A stretch of 60,988 nucleotides of DNA, filler included, from Circinaria calcarea (lineage: Eukaryota), in the NCBI GenBank assembly GCA_051942165.1. It is 10 parts of 10 records of this genome, joined end to end, with 100 filler letters (N's around TTAATTAATTAA, not from the genome) between each part and the next. Parts side by side here need not be neighbours in the genome. Positions count along the whole stretch, not along the records: positions 24,464 to 30,471 come from JAVECS010001704.1; positions 30,572 to 36,576 come from JAVECS010001705.1; positions 36,677 to 42,681 come from JAVECS010001706.1; 7 more parts are not named here. One strand, 5' to 3'. Made by a program: the position numbers and the translations under genes. Below the pieces are notes generated by a model, which was given only the letters and a program-made list of their open reading frames with translations, did no database searches and had not been told where the DNA came from. This document shows positions 24,464-38,114 of the stretch, piece after piece (within the stretch, counting starts at the first letter, position 1; each line of letters opens with the position of its first letter).

Positions 24464-26065
24464 CTTTCGACCTTCTTCTTTCGACCTCCTTGAGCCGCGA
24501 AGGAGGAGTTTGAATGTCTAACGAGACGTATGGTTGCATTACTCGCCTCCACGCCGGCGTTTCAGAAGGTACATCACCGAAGAGAGCACACATTACCCGG
24601 AAACATTCGAAGCTACGGCCCGGAGACCCAACTTACCGTAAGCCTCGTGCCGGGCTACGGATCTCGTGAAAGAAGAATGTTGTGAATTGCTATGCTAATC
24701 GAGTCTAAACATAGGGACTATGCCACACACTTCCTAGGCTCGTAGCAAAGCTAAGATGGTTTTAGCACCTTTTACGCTCGTATGGGGCCCCTATCTGCCG
24801 TCGGGAAGGATACCTGGCTCCGGTGTCACACAGGATCAATTGACTCGACTAAGAATATCGCCCGCTAGTAAATGCGCACGCTATCGGAGAATTACCAAAC
24901 TCTCTTCCATGAAGGATGGATTAACTGCCGTGCAGCCTTCTGGTGTCTTCCACCGTTCTATGGAAAGTTCAACATCAAATAAGGGGCTATCACAGAAGTA
25001 CCACCACTATCTAGTAAAACAGATGAATCAAGACCCCCGCTCCGGACTTGACAGGTACAGAAAAACGCGTCGACACTCCTAGCCATTGTGTCACAGAAAC
25101 GATTCCACCTGAACCGATTCGGCAGCTTGCCGAATGCTCGTCTATTCCAGATGACGGAGCACGAGGCTGATCGAAACCCAGAAAGGGTTACGGCCAAGAC
25201 GTTAAGTAGTCTTTCAGTTATTGGGGAGCTTCCCCGGTGCACAAGGGATCTCCGTCACTAGTGAGTTGATACAAACTGCCGGTTCTATCTAATTTCCGCC
25301 TTTCCATCAGCAGCGAGTGCCGAGGAAGTAAAGTACCGTATGGCAATGTCCCTGTTCGGCTTCTAGAACAACTGGCTGATTGCCTCGTAATGAGCTAGCT
25401 GTGGGTGCTCGTGAAGTCATGTTGTGTTGTGGCACACATACCCGGGACTGTATCTTGCCTGTTCGATTATATGGAGAAGTACAGTCAGTCAATCTGAAAG
25501 GGCTCGGATATGGCAGCATCCCGAGCTACTGGCAAGGGTTTAGGGTAGGTACGCGACGGATACTTTGACGGGCTACCAACAATCTGGCCAAGAACACGTT
25601 GGGGTCGCTCGCATGCCAGTAAGACTTCGCATAGGTACCTGCTCCAGACCATTTCCTCAGTGGGGTGGTGGCCGGGAAAAGAGGAGTCGAACGTTTCACT
25701 CATTCGCCAGCATAAGCCTCAGAAGCTAGTGCTAATTTTTTTCTAGCGGGAAGTCAGCGAGTGTGGTCGCTAAAAGAGTGTAGGGACCAGATAGGTCGCG
25801 CATTAATGCAAGGTACTCCGCCCTGAGTAAAGCACTTGCCCGCCCGAGAGGATCCTATCGAGATAATTGAGAGCAGCTTTTGTGGGCAATCCCATATCCT
25901 TATCATTATTGTTCTTATTGTTCTCTATGGGATACCTTGGAATACTGAATATCAATTCTCCGGAGTTTGTGTACCTTCCACCTTCATCGGGACCGGCGTG
26001 ATGTTACTATCAGTTGGATTAGGTACTCTGTAGGTATCGCTCTAATTGGATAAGCACGATTGCGC

Positions 26066-26107
26066 GTCATCTCATCTACGAATCGTGTCATCTCATCTAC
26101 GAATCGT
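26066..26107. repeat. Perfect 21-bp tandem duplication (GTCATCTCATCTACGAATCGT)x2
   Basis: Read directly from the sequence; intergenic. Confidence 0.9.
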
Positions 26108-27523
26108 GCATCACGACGATGGCGTAGTACATGATAGGCAGCAGAGAAAAGGACGATCCGTCGGGTCTACAGCCATGCGTGATCAGCCTTGCTGCACTAC
26201 TGCAAGAATAGATGCCAGCCATCCGAAAGGCAAGATGGGTCAAGCCAGATCCATGCAATGCATGAAACATGATACCTGTAGACGCCATTGGGTCCGTACC
26301 TACAAGTAAGATGTCGGCTGGAGTGGATGTGTGCTGAGTAGGGCTTGGCTGGTGGGGAGGTAGCTTCCCAGGCCGGGGAGGGTCTCGATTCGAAGCAGGA
26401 ATGCGGGATTAATTAACTCTGATCTAAGAAAACTAGGGCCAAAAGGACGAATCACAAGCCATGACCACTGAAATTGTAGTATTGTATTATTGCTTGAATC
26501 ATCACGACGATGAAAGAACTGACCGGACAGTCCCACCACAAAAGGGAAAGGACCCGATTCCCCTGACAGTGTAACGTTAATGTTCCGCCCCTATAACCCC
26601 TGACCTTGCCGCATCGACCCTCACTGGCGGGCCTCCCCCTTTTCACGCTTCCGCCATGCCTTCATCCCTGTCTCCCAATGGAAACGGCCTCCTGCATTCT
26701 CATCTGTTCCGGCGCTACACTTTTCCGTGCAAAGGCCTTTTCCACCTTAGCATCAAGCTGCGTCTGCAATCTCGACTGGACCAAAGGCCAAACGTAATGA
26801 TATCTCCCTCGTAAGCTGAGGCCGAGCCTATGGCAGCCTGACGCTCGGCAGCGGTATGGTAAGCGCGACCACCCACACCAACCGACTGTCAATGCCATGC
26901 ACCAACTACGCCTTTCCCGCCCTCTTCACCTCGACACCCCATCGGCCGACCTTGACTCGCCCGTTGCAGACTTGCACTTGGATGATGCCTGCCCCGGTTG
27001 CACCGCCGGCCCAGCAGCTCTGCTCGCTTTCCCAAGGCCGTTTACTGTTCCTCATAGGCACTCCGTCGACCCTTGGGACCACACTAGGGACTCCTCGCTA
27101 TTCGTCTTCCCCCGGTCACTAAACCGAGTGCGGGAACACAACAATGCGCGTGGAATTCTCCAAGACGGTCCTAGTTTCGGTTTTCACACAGCTTTTTGGA
27201 CGTTCAGCCTTTTCATTTCCCTCTGCTTGGCCATCCACGGCATCCAATATGCATCTGCTATCTGCTCCTGATATCTGTACGTCTCTTCTCGTCACTCGTT
27301 GCCTATTGAGTTTGGTCCTTTTTGCAAACCTGCGGAATGTAATGAGCCTGTAGCTAGCTATTACTTCATTTACCTGTTCCGCGGATTGAAGGGACGTGGG
27401 GTAGGATCCGGGGTCAATCATTCCTTGACTCTCGAGCATCAAGCCACAGACTGGATATTCGCTTTGCCAGCACCAGGGGCCTCACAACTGGAGAGAGGGT
27501 GAGTTCGGGCTGTGGTCGATGCC

Positions 27524-29713
27524 ATGGCGAACATCACACTCGGACATGGAGGATGTCCTCCGCCTTTTCTCCCTCTATCCCACTATCCCCACACAAACGG
27601 ATGTAAGCTTGCTCGCCTTTGTTCCCACTATCATTTGACTGCTTGACTGATACCGGTGATAGTTGAAAACAGTCGTCTCTGTGCACCTGTATCATCAGCT
27701 CCCGGATCCAGTCTGTGCTGTCTGCCATGTCCCATGACGGATTGGTTTTACCCAGACGGTATGTCGAAACTACGGACAATACAATAGTGTTTGGGGGACT
27801 GATATCGGGCAACAGATTTCAGTCGGCTAACGGGTGTTGCTAACTGGCTTAACGTCGGGGGCATTGTGTGCTGTGTCTTACTCTTACTGTCCTTCGTCGC
27901 CCTCCCAGTCCAGGCAACTCATCGGCATTATATTACAGTAGGCCTAGTCATTTCGGTAGCCATGATGGCTGTGAGTACTATGTCTATAACCGGATGTATA
28001 CAAACATGGCTAATCAGCCTAGTTGAGCTTCATTATCCCACTCGGAACAAGGCCGGAAGTGTGTCATGACGCCATTACTGCAAAGGATATGTATTCAGAC
28101 CTGTCGTGTGCCCTTACTGGTTCATTGTTGCTTTTTGGGGGATTAGCTGCTGTTGTTTGGGGTTTGGCGGCCTTTCGTGAATGTCCCAGGCCATAGCTAA
28201 CTCGGTCGCACAGTCTTTCTCCGATCCTTGTCGCTCCACCTTCAGATATGCTGGCAGGTAATACCGGGTCGCAAGTTCTTTTTCAGCTCTCTGCTTACTG
28301 GATGGGGTGTGCCGGCAATCTCATTGGCTCTTGTGCTATCCCTAACAGGAATATCTTACAGGTTTGGGACGACTTGTCACATCAATCATGACAAAAGTGT
28401 ACCAACCTACTGGGGGCCTATTCTAGCTTTCGCCGTGGCAGCAGGTATCCTTCAATTTGTGACGCTTGGCTACTGTATACGTGTATATATTCGATCGGTG
28501 CTTCAACCCGAGGAGACAACCTCCGAGACCGGCTTGCCCTCGTATCAAGTAAGTGTACATACAACGGTCAGTGCACGGGCCGCATACAGGAGGGTGCGGA
28601 AAGTCATAACATTGCAGTGGAGAGGGATCTTCATCGTGCTAATCATCATCATCGACGTTATATTCCTGTCACTCATTTTCATTAAGATGGACAGGATGAC
28701 AGCGGCCGAATCACGAGATCTCACCAAGATTACTCCCTGGGTAGCGTGCTTGGTCCTGAATCGGGGGGAAAAGAATGCTTGTTTGGATCGCACATCCGGT
28801 ATAGTAGTGAATGAGGCGACAGTCGCAGCTGTCCTGTACTTGTTATCGGTTGGTCTTATATTATTGAAAAGCCGAACGACAGCAACTAATTCCAATCCAG
28901 TTGAACAGTTATTGGAGTTTCTTTTTCCTTGGTCGACTGTCGATGATATCTGCCTGGGTTGAACTTGTTCGCCGACCCTTCAAGCGTAGCAACGAATTTG
29001 TCTCTCGAGACGCTCGACGGCTATCGGATCCTCGGAATTATGAGATGCTGACGTCCCCGCCACAGGCCTACCGGCCCAAGACCCCGGACGATTTTAAAAA
29101 AAACCCCGAAATAGACATACGATCGCCTGGAACTTCTTCCAACTACTCGATAAGAAGTCAAAAGGACGAGTGGGAAAGTTTTGGGAAAGAGGCCGTGTTT
29201 CTCAACCCTGCCAACAGCTTCTCTAAGCCTAAACCTCCGAGCAGGTCTGCTAGCAGAGCGACAACTCGAGGTGTTCCTACAGTTACTCGTGACCGATCAG
29301 ATTCATCACTGGGGATGATCGGTCGATCAATTCCATCCGCAGGGGTCATCCGGATGGGTTCTTTGTCGGAAAGAGATGGAGACGTTTCAGCCATCGGTCT
29401 TGACCAAATAGGGTCCCCATTGGCACAATATCGTACAGGCTCCGCACTTGACAGTCATCGACCGACCGGATCCGCGTTAAGTAGCCATCGGCCAACAATC
29501 TCCTCTTTGAGTAGCCATCGACCAGGTTCATCAAAAGGAATAGACTGGGATCCCAGCAGCACGTACGCAAGACCGAGCATGAGTCCGCAGCCTACTCGGC
29601 GGATCCCGGAACAAGAAAGAGAGTGGGCTCCTAGGTCCATGCATGCAACAGGTGGCGTCCCTCGGAGGCAAAACCCATCGAACTCGGCTTCTGATTATCA
29701 ATGGGAACGGTAA
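27524..29713 (+). CDS. gprM: GprM-like (MG00532-class) G-protein-coupled receptor; 6 exons
   Basis: Spliced product has a Cys-rich N-terminus (CPPPFL...RLC...CCLPCPMTDWFYPD), then ANWLNV, LLLSFVALPVQATHRHY, FLRSLSLHLQICW, TCHINH, LQWRGIFIVLIII, about 7 hydrophobic segments and a long Ser/Arg tail. Five GT-AG introns check in frame. Confidence 0.8.
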
Positions 29714-30021
29714 ACTGCACATTCGGGAACCTTCGTCATCGGGGGAGGCATGTGTTACGGGATGTAAGATTGAACCTCGACGCGACGCTCCTTTTTACGC
29801 GTCATGATAGCGTTTTCCGCATGGTGAAGGCATGGAGTATTGGATCCGAAACTAGACAGGGGAGCACACGGGTCCCGCTCTAAAGTTGGGATGGTTTGGG
29901 AACGCATAGCGTGGCAACTTCAGGGTAAAAGCTTCTGGAAAGCCTACGGAAAAAGTCTTGGGGTATTCTGGCTAGAGGTCCGCAGCAGGACAGGAATGGT
30001 ATGACAATATGAGGATGCGAA

Positions 30022-30060
30022 GGATGGATGGACGGATGGATGAATGGATGGATGAATGGA
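30022..30060. repeat. Imperfect (GGAT/GAAT)n microsatellite
   Basis: GGATGGATGGACGGATGGATGAATGGATGGATGAATGGA. Confidence 0.85.
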
Positions 30061-30471
30061 GTACTTGGATAACTTTCTATGCCTTGTCGGGAGAGAGGGG
30101 ATAGGATATGGGATCGTGAGACAGAGAGAGAGAGGAGACTGCGAAGGGGTTTCTTGAGACAGAATCTTGGTCGTAAATGTACTAATCCCCCGTACAAGTT
30201 ACCGCCTACATTCCAACTTTTACTCCATCGGGGGTTTGACACACGCCTAACCTCCAGGAGAGGGCTCAAAACAATCGACCGTTCCGTATGTCGTAAGAAC
30301 CTGTGTAATCCCTTCTCGCCATCCAAATTCCCAAAATTCTCGAAAAATTGTGTTGAAACCAGCCAATGCCAGGGGGGTCAGTCAAGTCAGGTCAAGTCAG
30401 GTCAGGTCGTATGGGGGATTTGAAAAAGGTTTAAAACGCGCAACACCCCCCCTCCCACGGCTCCTCCCACC

Positions 30472-30571
30472 NNNNNNNNNNNNNNNNNNNNNNNNNNNNN
30501 NNNNNNNNNNNNNNNTTAATTAATTAANNNNNNNNNNNNNNNNNNNNNNNNNNNNNNNNNNNNNNNNNNNN
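30472..30571. other. Artificial contig linker
   Basis: 44 N + TTAATTAATTAA + 44 N. Confidence 0.99.
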
Positions 30572-31004
30572 TGGGCAATTGCGTCTTCGTTTTGCTGTAC
30601 AGCTTCCATATCTGCGTCGCAAGAGGGTCGTTCTTTTGCATTTCATCGGGATGAGCGAGGTCGCCGCTCGAGGCGTCGTCCTTCCAGTCGGGAAAGTAGG
30701 CCTCGCGCAGCAGCTCCGTGCGAGCGACAGTGTGCTCGGGTGATAGATCCAGATTGACTTGCGTATCCTGCGCGGCGGTTGACATAAATTGCAATGTTGC
30801 TGTCGGCACTCGAAGTCTCTGAGAGGAAACCCGTGACTGCTGTGGGGAAGTGGTGGTGGTGGATGATGATGCTGCATAGGATTGACCGGTCGCAGCAGCT
30901 GATGCCTCTCCAATGGATGAGGGCGGGATCTCAAAGGTGGTGCTGGACTGGGTGGCTGCAGCAGCGGCCCCCCCACGCGATCTTCTGTGATGCGCCCTAG
31001 ACAT
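30572..31004 (-). CDS. areA: Nitrogen regulatory GATA factor AreA/NIT-2, N-terminal fragment truncated by contig end
   Basis: LLREAYFPDWKDD...PDEMQKNDPLATQIWKLYSKTKTQLP matches the AreA N-terminal block that precedes NQERMENLTWRMM. First in-frame ATG is at 31004. Confidence 0.88.
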
Positions 31005-34000
31005 GCCCTCTGGCGGTGCCGTCGGTCGTCCCTTTATCTCGCCAGAGGGCCGGGGAGAGCTGCGACAGATTTTTGCTGGCCACGGTCGATCGACTTCCCC
31101 AGCGGCGTCCTTTCTCCCCAGTATACGGAGTAGGAAATTGGGTAGGTCGGGATGCGAACCGCGATGATCCAGGGTGATTTCTGATGATCCCAGACCAATC
31201 CGAGTTGATGGTGCGGAGTCTGTCAAGTCAAAAGGTTCTCCAACCCCTGGCGTGAAAGGGAAGGTTGGCGTCGGCTTTACTCTTCTCGGGCCTACTGGCC
31301 TTTAGCATCCAATGAATTACGCCCTCGCCGGGGCCGGATCGCTGCAACTCGAGGACATTGCAGTAGAGCAGATTGGGAATGTGGAGGGCTGTCGATGCTA
31401 ACAATCCAATCCTCATGCAGTGGATGGTTTGTCGAATCCGTTAGCCGGGCATACCGTAGAAAAGAGACGAGGGTGGTTGGAAGCTGCAGTTTGCTCGGAG
31501 TGGGCTGCAGCTGGTGATTTGACCGACCGAAAGGGACGACGAGAATCTATCGAGCCTTCAAACCTTCTATTGTTTAGCCTTTGACTTTTACTATGGTAAT
31601 ATCGACGACGCTAGGCATGTCGGGGGTGGCGTGAGTTCATCCCCGGCAAATCGTGCCTCTAGTCATCACTCTACTGCGACCGGCGTCAAATCACATTATT
31701 GCTGAGGCCCTGGCCCTGGACACCGACGCTACACTCCTCCAGACTTTCCTGCTGACTGGCGGCATCAGCCCGTCGAGACGGTGGGGTGGGGGGACGACAC
31801 AAGAGCATGGGCCAAGCGGATGGTTACTGCGGTAGGAGATTCGGATTCCTGTCGGCGGTCCCACCGATCGACACAAGTTCCAGACTCCATCTTCGAGTGG
31901 CAAGTACGAGTGCAGGGCGTGAATCGCCATCAATTCTATCTAAAGGTTCAGGTGTTCTTCCGGAGAAACACTATTCTGGCTATCTGCTTCAAAGCCGATG
32001 GTGATGTCACATGCTTGTCATTTTCAAGTATGGTTGCGCATCCCTTATCACGAAGATTCGAGGATTCTTTTTGAATTTTTCCCACTCCCGCTATAAGATG
32101 TTCGATTGGTAGTGGCCCTACTGTAGGAATGACGGCGACGGATTGGTATACACCCTGTAGAGTAACGTGCCAGATAAAACCCTTACACCGCCGGAGCCAC
32201 ACGGCGGGCATGTGACAGTCAAGCCCTCTCGTGGCATCTCTGCCAATCCGCCTGTGCTCTGGCTTACCACAGTACTCTCCCGTAGCCTACTAGCAAATTC
32301 GAAACCCGTTTCCCCTAGTCAATCCACCGTCCCCTTCTAGAATTCTTTGCCTCTCCTATTCATCTCCCGAGGGTATTGATCCCGCGGCTTTTGGCCCGGC
32401 ACAGAGCAACATTGCTTGAGCAGCACAGCGTGGTGATCGGATCTCAGCATTGCTTTTTCTTCATACACGAATAGGTATCCTTGGTTTGACAATTGCGATG
32501 AGGTCTAACTGTTCATGACTGTAGTCTCCCTGGCCTCGATGTAACTTGACAAGACGCTGCGATAAGTCCTTGCGCGAACCATTTAGGACCACCGGGAATC
32601 CCGATGCCTTACCGCTTCGCGCGGTAGACTCCCAGTCAGATTGCGTCGTTTCGGTAGCTTGTGCGCTCCAGCTGCTTAGGAGTGACATCGGCACCGAGGA
32701 GTTTGATCGCCTTGTGCCGTTTACCCAGTAGCTCATCTGATATTGCCTGGTTTTCTCTTTGCGGATCTCCAATGGCTTTGCTGTCCCTAGGGAATGGCGA
32801 AGCCGCGCTCCCAATTCCCCAGCTGCGTCATGATAGGCCTCGGATGTTGACTGATGTGCGGTTCATGTCCCCACAATGATGATCTTCGAACCTCTAGCCA
32901 ATTGTGATTGATTAAGCGCAGGCATGGGCACCCAAAGCTTTTGCCGAAGGATGAGTTGTTCCAGTGATGCGCGCGCGGAAAATCGAGGGAACCGTGAGGG
33001 TGTAGTGGGGCCTTGGAATTGCCTAAAGTCCGAAGCTTCCCCGATAGTTCCGGCCTAGAAATAATGCTAACTCGCAACTCGAAAGCTCAGAGGGACCCTG
33101 AATGTGAACCGACCGATGAAACTAGTCCGTAGGGAAATAATAGCGTTTGTAACAAGGAAATCCCTCTTGTCATAGATTGGAGGTCGCCAACTTCACCCTG
33201 GATACAATAGAAACCCCCGCACTAGAATGAGATTTCAAAGGCGGGGAAGCGGAAAGCGTCAAGCTCAGGGACCTTCAGGCCTTGAATTAAGGCACAGGAA
33301 AAGCAGGGTCCCGCCAATACCGTATAGTGCGACAGATGACAAATGAACATCAAATCTGCTGACCGACTTAAGTTTGAAGCTAAGGGGAAGACGACCGCTT
33401 CTTCTCGGGCCAACGAAAACTGGCCGGAACGAATCTTGAGCCAAGACGGGGAGGAAAGGTGAAGTGAAGGGCGTTTGACGAAAGCAGAAGATACGAGACG
33501 AGAGCTAAGGTAGCTAGCGATGGTCCGCAGTGAATGAAAAGAACAGACCTGCCTTGTCACCAACCGCTCGTATCCTATGCTAGGCAGTTGGTGTCGTAGC
33601 GAGAGTGCCTACTTGGTTTTTCCCTGGCGTCGGTGTCATTAAACTTCGTTTGGTTAATCTCTTGGAACTGGCTAGCACATATTGACGGGAATTCGCCTTG
33701 GTTAGACTGTCAAGTCCACGTCGTACACTCAGTCGTCCGGATATCCCTTGTTGTGGCCAGCCTAACAGTGACGGTGGCGCCGCGGCTCTATACCAAGATC
33801 CGTGACACGTGGACCGGGGATAGTAGAAACCGAGACGATATTCTTGGAAAGACATACCCAAAAGCTGGGCCATCAAAGGTACCTTGATAGAAATTTGGAC
33901 ATGACGGCAACATCAGTTCGAAAGTGCAAGAGGGAAGCTCTGCAATATATAGAAAAGGCCACGCCGCAAAGATAAGAACAACCATGCCCAGCACGAGATC

Positions 34001-36576
34001 ACAAGCCAATAGATAATACCAAGCCGAGCTGCAGCGAATTTGTTCTCCACCTGATACGGTTTCGAAGAGACACCCTGCATGCCAATCCCACACTCACTGC
34101 GATGTTTGGAGCCTCTCTTTATCTGACCGCTTCGCCTGCCTATCGCAGTGACTTTTGGGGAAATGCAGCTGCACACCGATAGGGGAAGTCTCCAACAGGA
34201 TGCATGGAGCATCGTACAAAACAAGGAGCAAATCAGAAACCAATGTTCGAGCAGCGAACTGTTACATCGGACCGTGATGAGAAGGAAGTTTCACAAAACC
34301 TACGGAGTACGGTTGCACGAGCTGATAGGACCCCTTGGAGATAAGATAAGACCGGCAGTACCATAAAGTGCGAAAAAGATTCCTTTGGCTTTATCGATTC
34401 ACATGCAAAGGAATCCATACGCTCTGCTTTGTACCACCACACCCAGCCTTGAACAGGGGCCGTTGTGTAAACGCCTTGGCGCTCAAAGGATAATGATGAG
34501 GTAATTGAGGTCTCGATACCCGAATCTTCCGTCATTCTTGTCTCGTCGTCATTCGCTCTTACTGTCTCCACGTGTTTTGATTAAGCGCTATGATTTAGCT
34601 GAATGTTAAATGTTGGGGAACTTGGCCGTCGGGACCTGACTAAATTGCTACTTACCGTACCATGACCTTACTCTACTGCACCTCAGTCAAGCAACACGTT
34701 GGCGCCGGACCTCTTGCCTTAGGACCAATTCTCTCAACGGCGACTACGATCCGGTGGTCATAGCTCCCTTCCTGGGAGCACTCCTCGCTATGAGGGACTT
34801 GTTATGAATCTTTTAGCACTATAAGAAGCGCGGCCGCCTGGAAACGGCTTTAGCGTGGATCCAAGCGATATTGTTACGTTATGGAGGCCTATGCCCATGT
34901 ACATTACCTGTCAAGAGTCCCAGATTCTGTTCTCCTTACTCTCATCTTTGGCATTCTTGTCTTGATTGTTGCAAAGTCCTACATGATATTCAGCTACCGA
35001 CCGAGCATACCTTGGTTATGCGTCACTAGGACCAGCATTGCGACTGCCTTCATTCCCTCCAAGTTAGCCGATTCATGCTAAGAGTACTGCCAGTCACTAG
35101 TTCATGACGCTAGACACCAACCCGGTGTCCAATCGAAGACAGCTATGGATGTAATTCAATCCTGTGAGCCCTCGCGGTGCAAGCCGGGGGAATAGTCTGT
35201 AGATGACCGGCGTTGGGACGAGCACCACAGGACGTTTGGTTACGATTTCGAGACCGTCAATTCGTCATCGAAGTGGTGGGGGACTCTGATGTCCTACGCA
35301 CCTAGGCAGTAGGGTATCTTGTTATAACTTGTACAATCCCCTCCGCAAAGCTTCGAGAATTTCCGCTCCCTTTAGACTGCTCGCCCAGTATACATCTCCC
35401 TCATCTGCCCTTTGATCGTTGTATCCCTATTCCTTACCAAAAATACTCTTTACCAGTCTTCCTCACCCTTCCGCCAACTCCATCATCCCTACGCTTTCCC
35501 TTTTCCTTAAAAGACTGACTCCAACTCCGTCATCCTTCACCTTCTTTTACCTGGTTATGGTCCCTCGGCTACCAAACTAACCTCCCGACAACCTCCCGAT
35601 ATTTCCTCAATTGAACCCATCTCGCTCCTTAAACTCTTCCACCGCTTTGATCTTTCCATCCTCACAAATTGTTCGGTCTATATCCTCTATCCCAAATCCC
35701 CCCAGTTTCGAACCGTTGGAAAAATTGAAAATTAGAAAAACTTGATGGTCTGGGACTATTCGGGGAGGGGAAGAGAGACTGAGAGCCGGGGATATAAGGA
35801 GTCGGGGGTCTAGATTGAAAGCGCAACTAGAAAGGGGAAAGGGAAAAAGGGGGGGAAGCTGGTTTTCTTTCATACATATGTGGGGGAGAAGGAATGGAAA
35901 AAGGGGGAAAGAGGAAAAGTAGAGGGGGAATAGCTACCCAGCGAGAAAGGAAAACAAGCACGAAGAGATTCTCTTCTGGGTCCATTCTAATAAGTCGTGC
36001 GTGGGGGATAAATAAACACCCCGCCTTCTCTCGGGAAAAAAACTCCCTCTGGGCCCCAAAAACCATACAGGGCGAAGTTTTCCACCCCCTGATCCCCACT
36101 TTTACTCCCTACTCCCTACTCCTTACTCCCGCGAAAACAACAGAAAGGTACGGTACATGAAACGCTTCCCCGTTTACAACTTCTTCGTACCCCGAAATCC
36201 CTTTTCCCCTTTCCCCCACGCCAAAAATAATCAACGCCGGCGAAAGGATAATTCGATCCAGTCTCTCTCGTGCAACTTAGCATACATTACGACCCAGTAC
36301 CTCTGACTGTCTGCCCGTGTCCGTGCTCCGTGCTGCGTGCCCGTAGCTGGTGACTGGTGACCGGTAACCATGATCGTGAATGCAAACCTAACCATATGAC
36401 AGGGGACCTGATACGTACGACCCCTACACCTTTTCGATTTCTTGTTAGCCGAACCCTTTGTCTTTGAAAGAAAGGAAGGCCGGGGGGAGGGCGGATAGAA
36501 ATGTGGCATACGAAGCCTCCTATTTCCTTTCCCACCTGTTACTCCTGGTATTCTTTACCCGCCCTCCGGCTTTTCC

Positions 36577-36676
36577 NNNNNNNNNNNNNNNNNNNNNNNN
36601 NNNNNNNNNNNNNNNNNNNNTTAATTAATTAANNNNNNNNNNNNNNNNNNNNNNNNNNNNNNNNNNNNNNNNNNNN
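36577..36676. other. Artificial contig linker
   Basis: 44 N + TTAATTAATTAA + 44 N. Confidence 0.99.
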
Positions 36677-38114
36677 AGGAGCTCATGGATATCAACGTTA
36701 TGTGTGTAGAATTCGCTGTCCGCCTTGCCGTTCCTGGAAGACGACGAAACTTCGCGCAAAGCCACGATTTCGCGGTCGGGGCCCTTGTCGCCAATGAAGG
36801 CCGGAGTAGTGCGACCGGACGTGTAAGCCTGGCTGCTACTCAAACTGATTTCTTTGACCGAGCGGACGAATAGATCCAAAGGTAGATCCGCAAAATACTT
36901 GTCGTAGAGCGGTTTCAAGGCTGGAGCACATGCTGAACCAGGTAGTTAGCATTCCGATAGCTTCAAGAACGACACGCGCGACCTCATACCACACAAAATA
37001 ATGGCGTTAACTTCCAACGCGCTTACCAGCCACACGTCATAACCCGTCCCTATTCCGATGTGTTAGCGTGGAATGAATCGTAATTGACCAATCACCACTT
37101 ACAGAACACGTCGTATGTCCAGTTTAGCTCGCGATAGACCAAGATGAATCTGCAGACTCCTGTAATACATGTCCTAGTTGGACAATCATCAGCAAGAAGT
37201 AAGCGAAAAATGCAAGGGCTGAGAGCTCACAAGAACCCCAGACAGAAAACGCCATAGAGTGATAGCTTCTGGCGGAAAGGTATCTGCAGGTGCCAAAAAA
37301 ACCAACACGGGAGTAAGGTTGCGACGAAATCAGTCACCGTCGAGATGCACACGCTCAACGGCCAGTAGATTCCCTCCTTGAGACAAGTATAGCGCTTTGT
37401 GTATGGCGTAAGAGAGAGCCGAAGCCAATATGCGTTTAACGGTTTGCAAGCTAAACAGAGTATGATTGTGAAGACAAACCCCCAGAGCACTTGGAAAGCA
37501 ATGGCGGCATACACTGTGCGCAAAAATGGCTTGCTCGAGCAACCAGCAGACATTCTTTTGTAGAATAAAAGAATCGAGACCTTGACAAGGGTGGTGCTGA
37601 TATGAAAGAGTAACTCGATAATCCAGGCTACCTAATTACAGTGTAAGCACATCCGCATGACAGTCTACAGTAGGGTAATAAAGCCTTACAAGAGCCGCTG
37701 GCAGCCAGTCGCTCGGGGGCACATCCCATACATGCCGATCGAATCCATAACTGGTGACAGCTGTGGAACCCAAAAGTCAGTATTAATTATAACCTGGAGC
37801 ACTCAGCCAGACGTACACAAGATGAAGCATACTCCGAGTCCGATTGTCGGCACCTAACGACGCGTCAGGAGGTTTGACTCTTGCCACCGGATGTTGGAAC
37901 TCACAAGGGCGAACAACACAAGGCCGTCATCCCATCCGGGCTTCTTTAGGATTACTACCCGCGCCCAAAGTCTAGCTGCCACCACGATAGGGACGACAAT
38001 GAGAAGGATAATCACAATGACTGTGAGTGCATTGCTTCTGGTGTCTGGATTGATGTAATTTGGTTTGGGCCAAGAGGCAATCACAGATAACGGAGGATGT
38101 ATTCCGCCAGCCAT
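36677..38114 (-). CDS. PTH11-like integral membrane protein (fungal rhodopsin-like domain, no CFEM), multi-exon; C-terminus reaches contig end
   Basis: MAGGIHPPLSVIASWPKPNYINP...ARLWAR...GWDDGL, YGFDRHVWDVP, LVKVSILLFYKR, CKPLNAYW, TDFVATLLP...LQIPFRQKLSL and EVNAIILC, separated by GT-AG introns. Confidence 0.88.
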
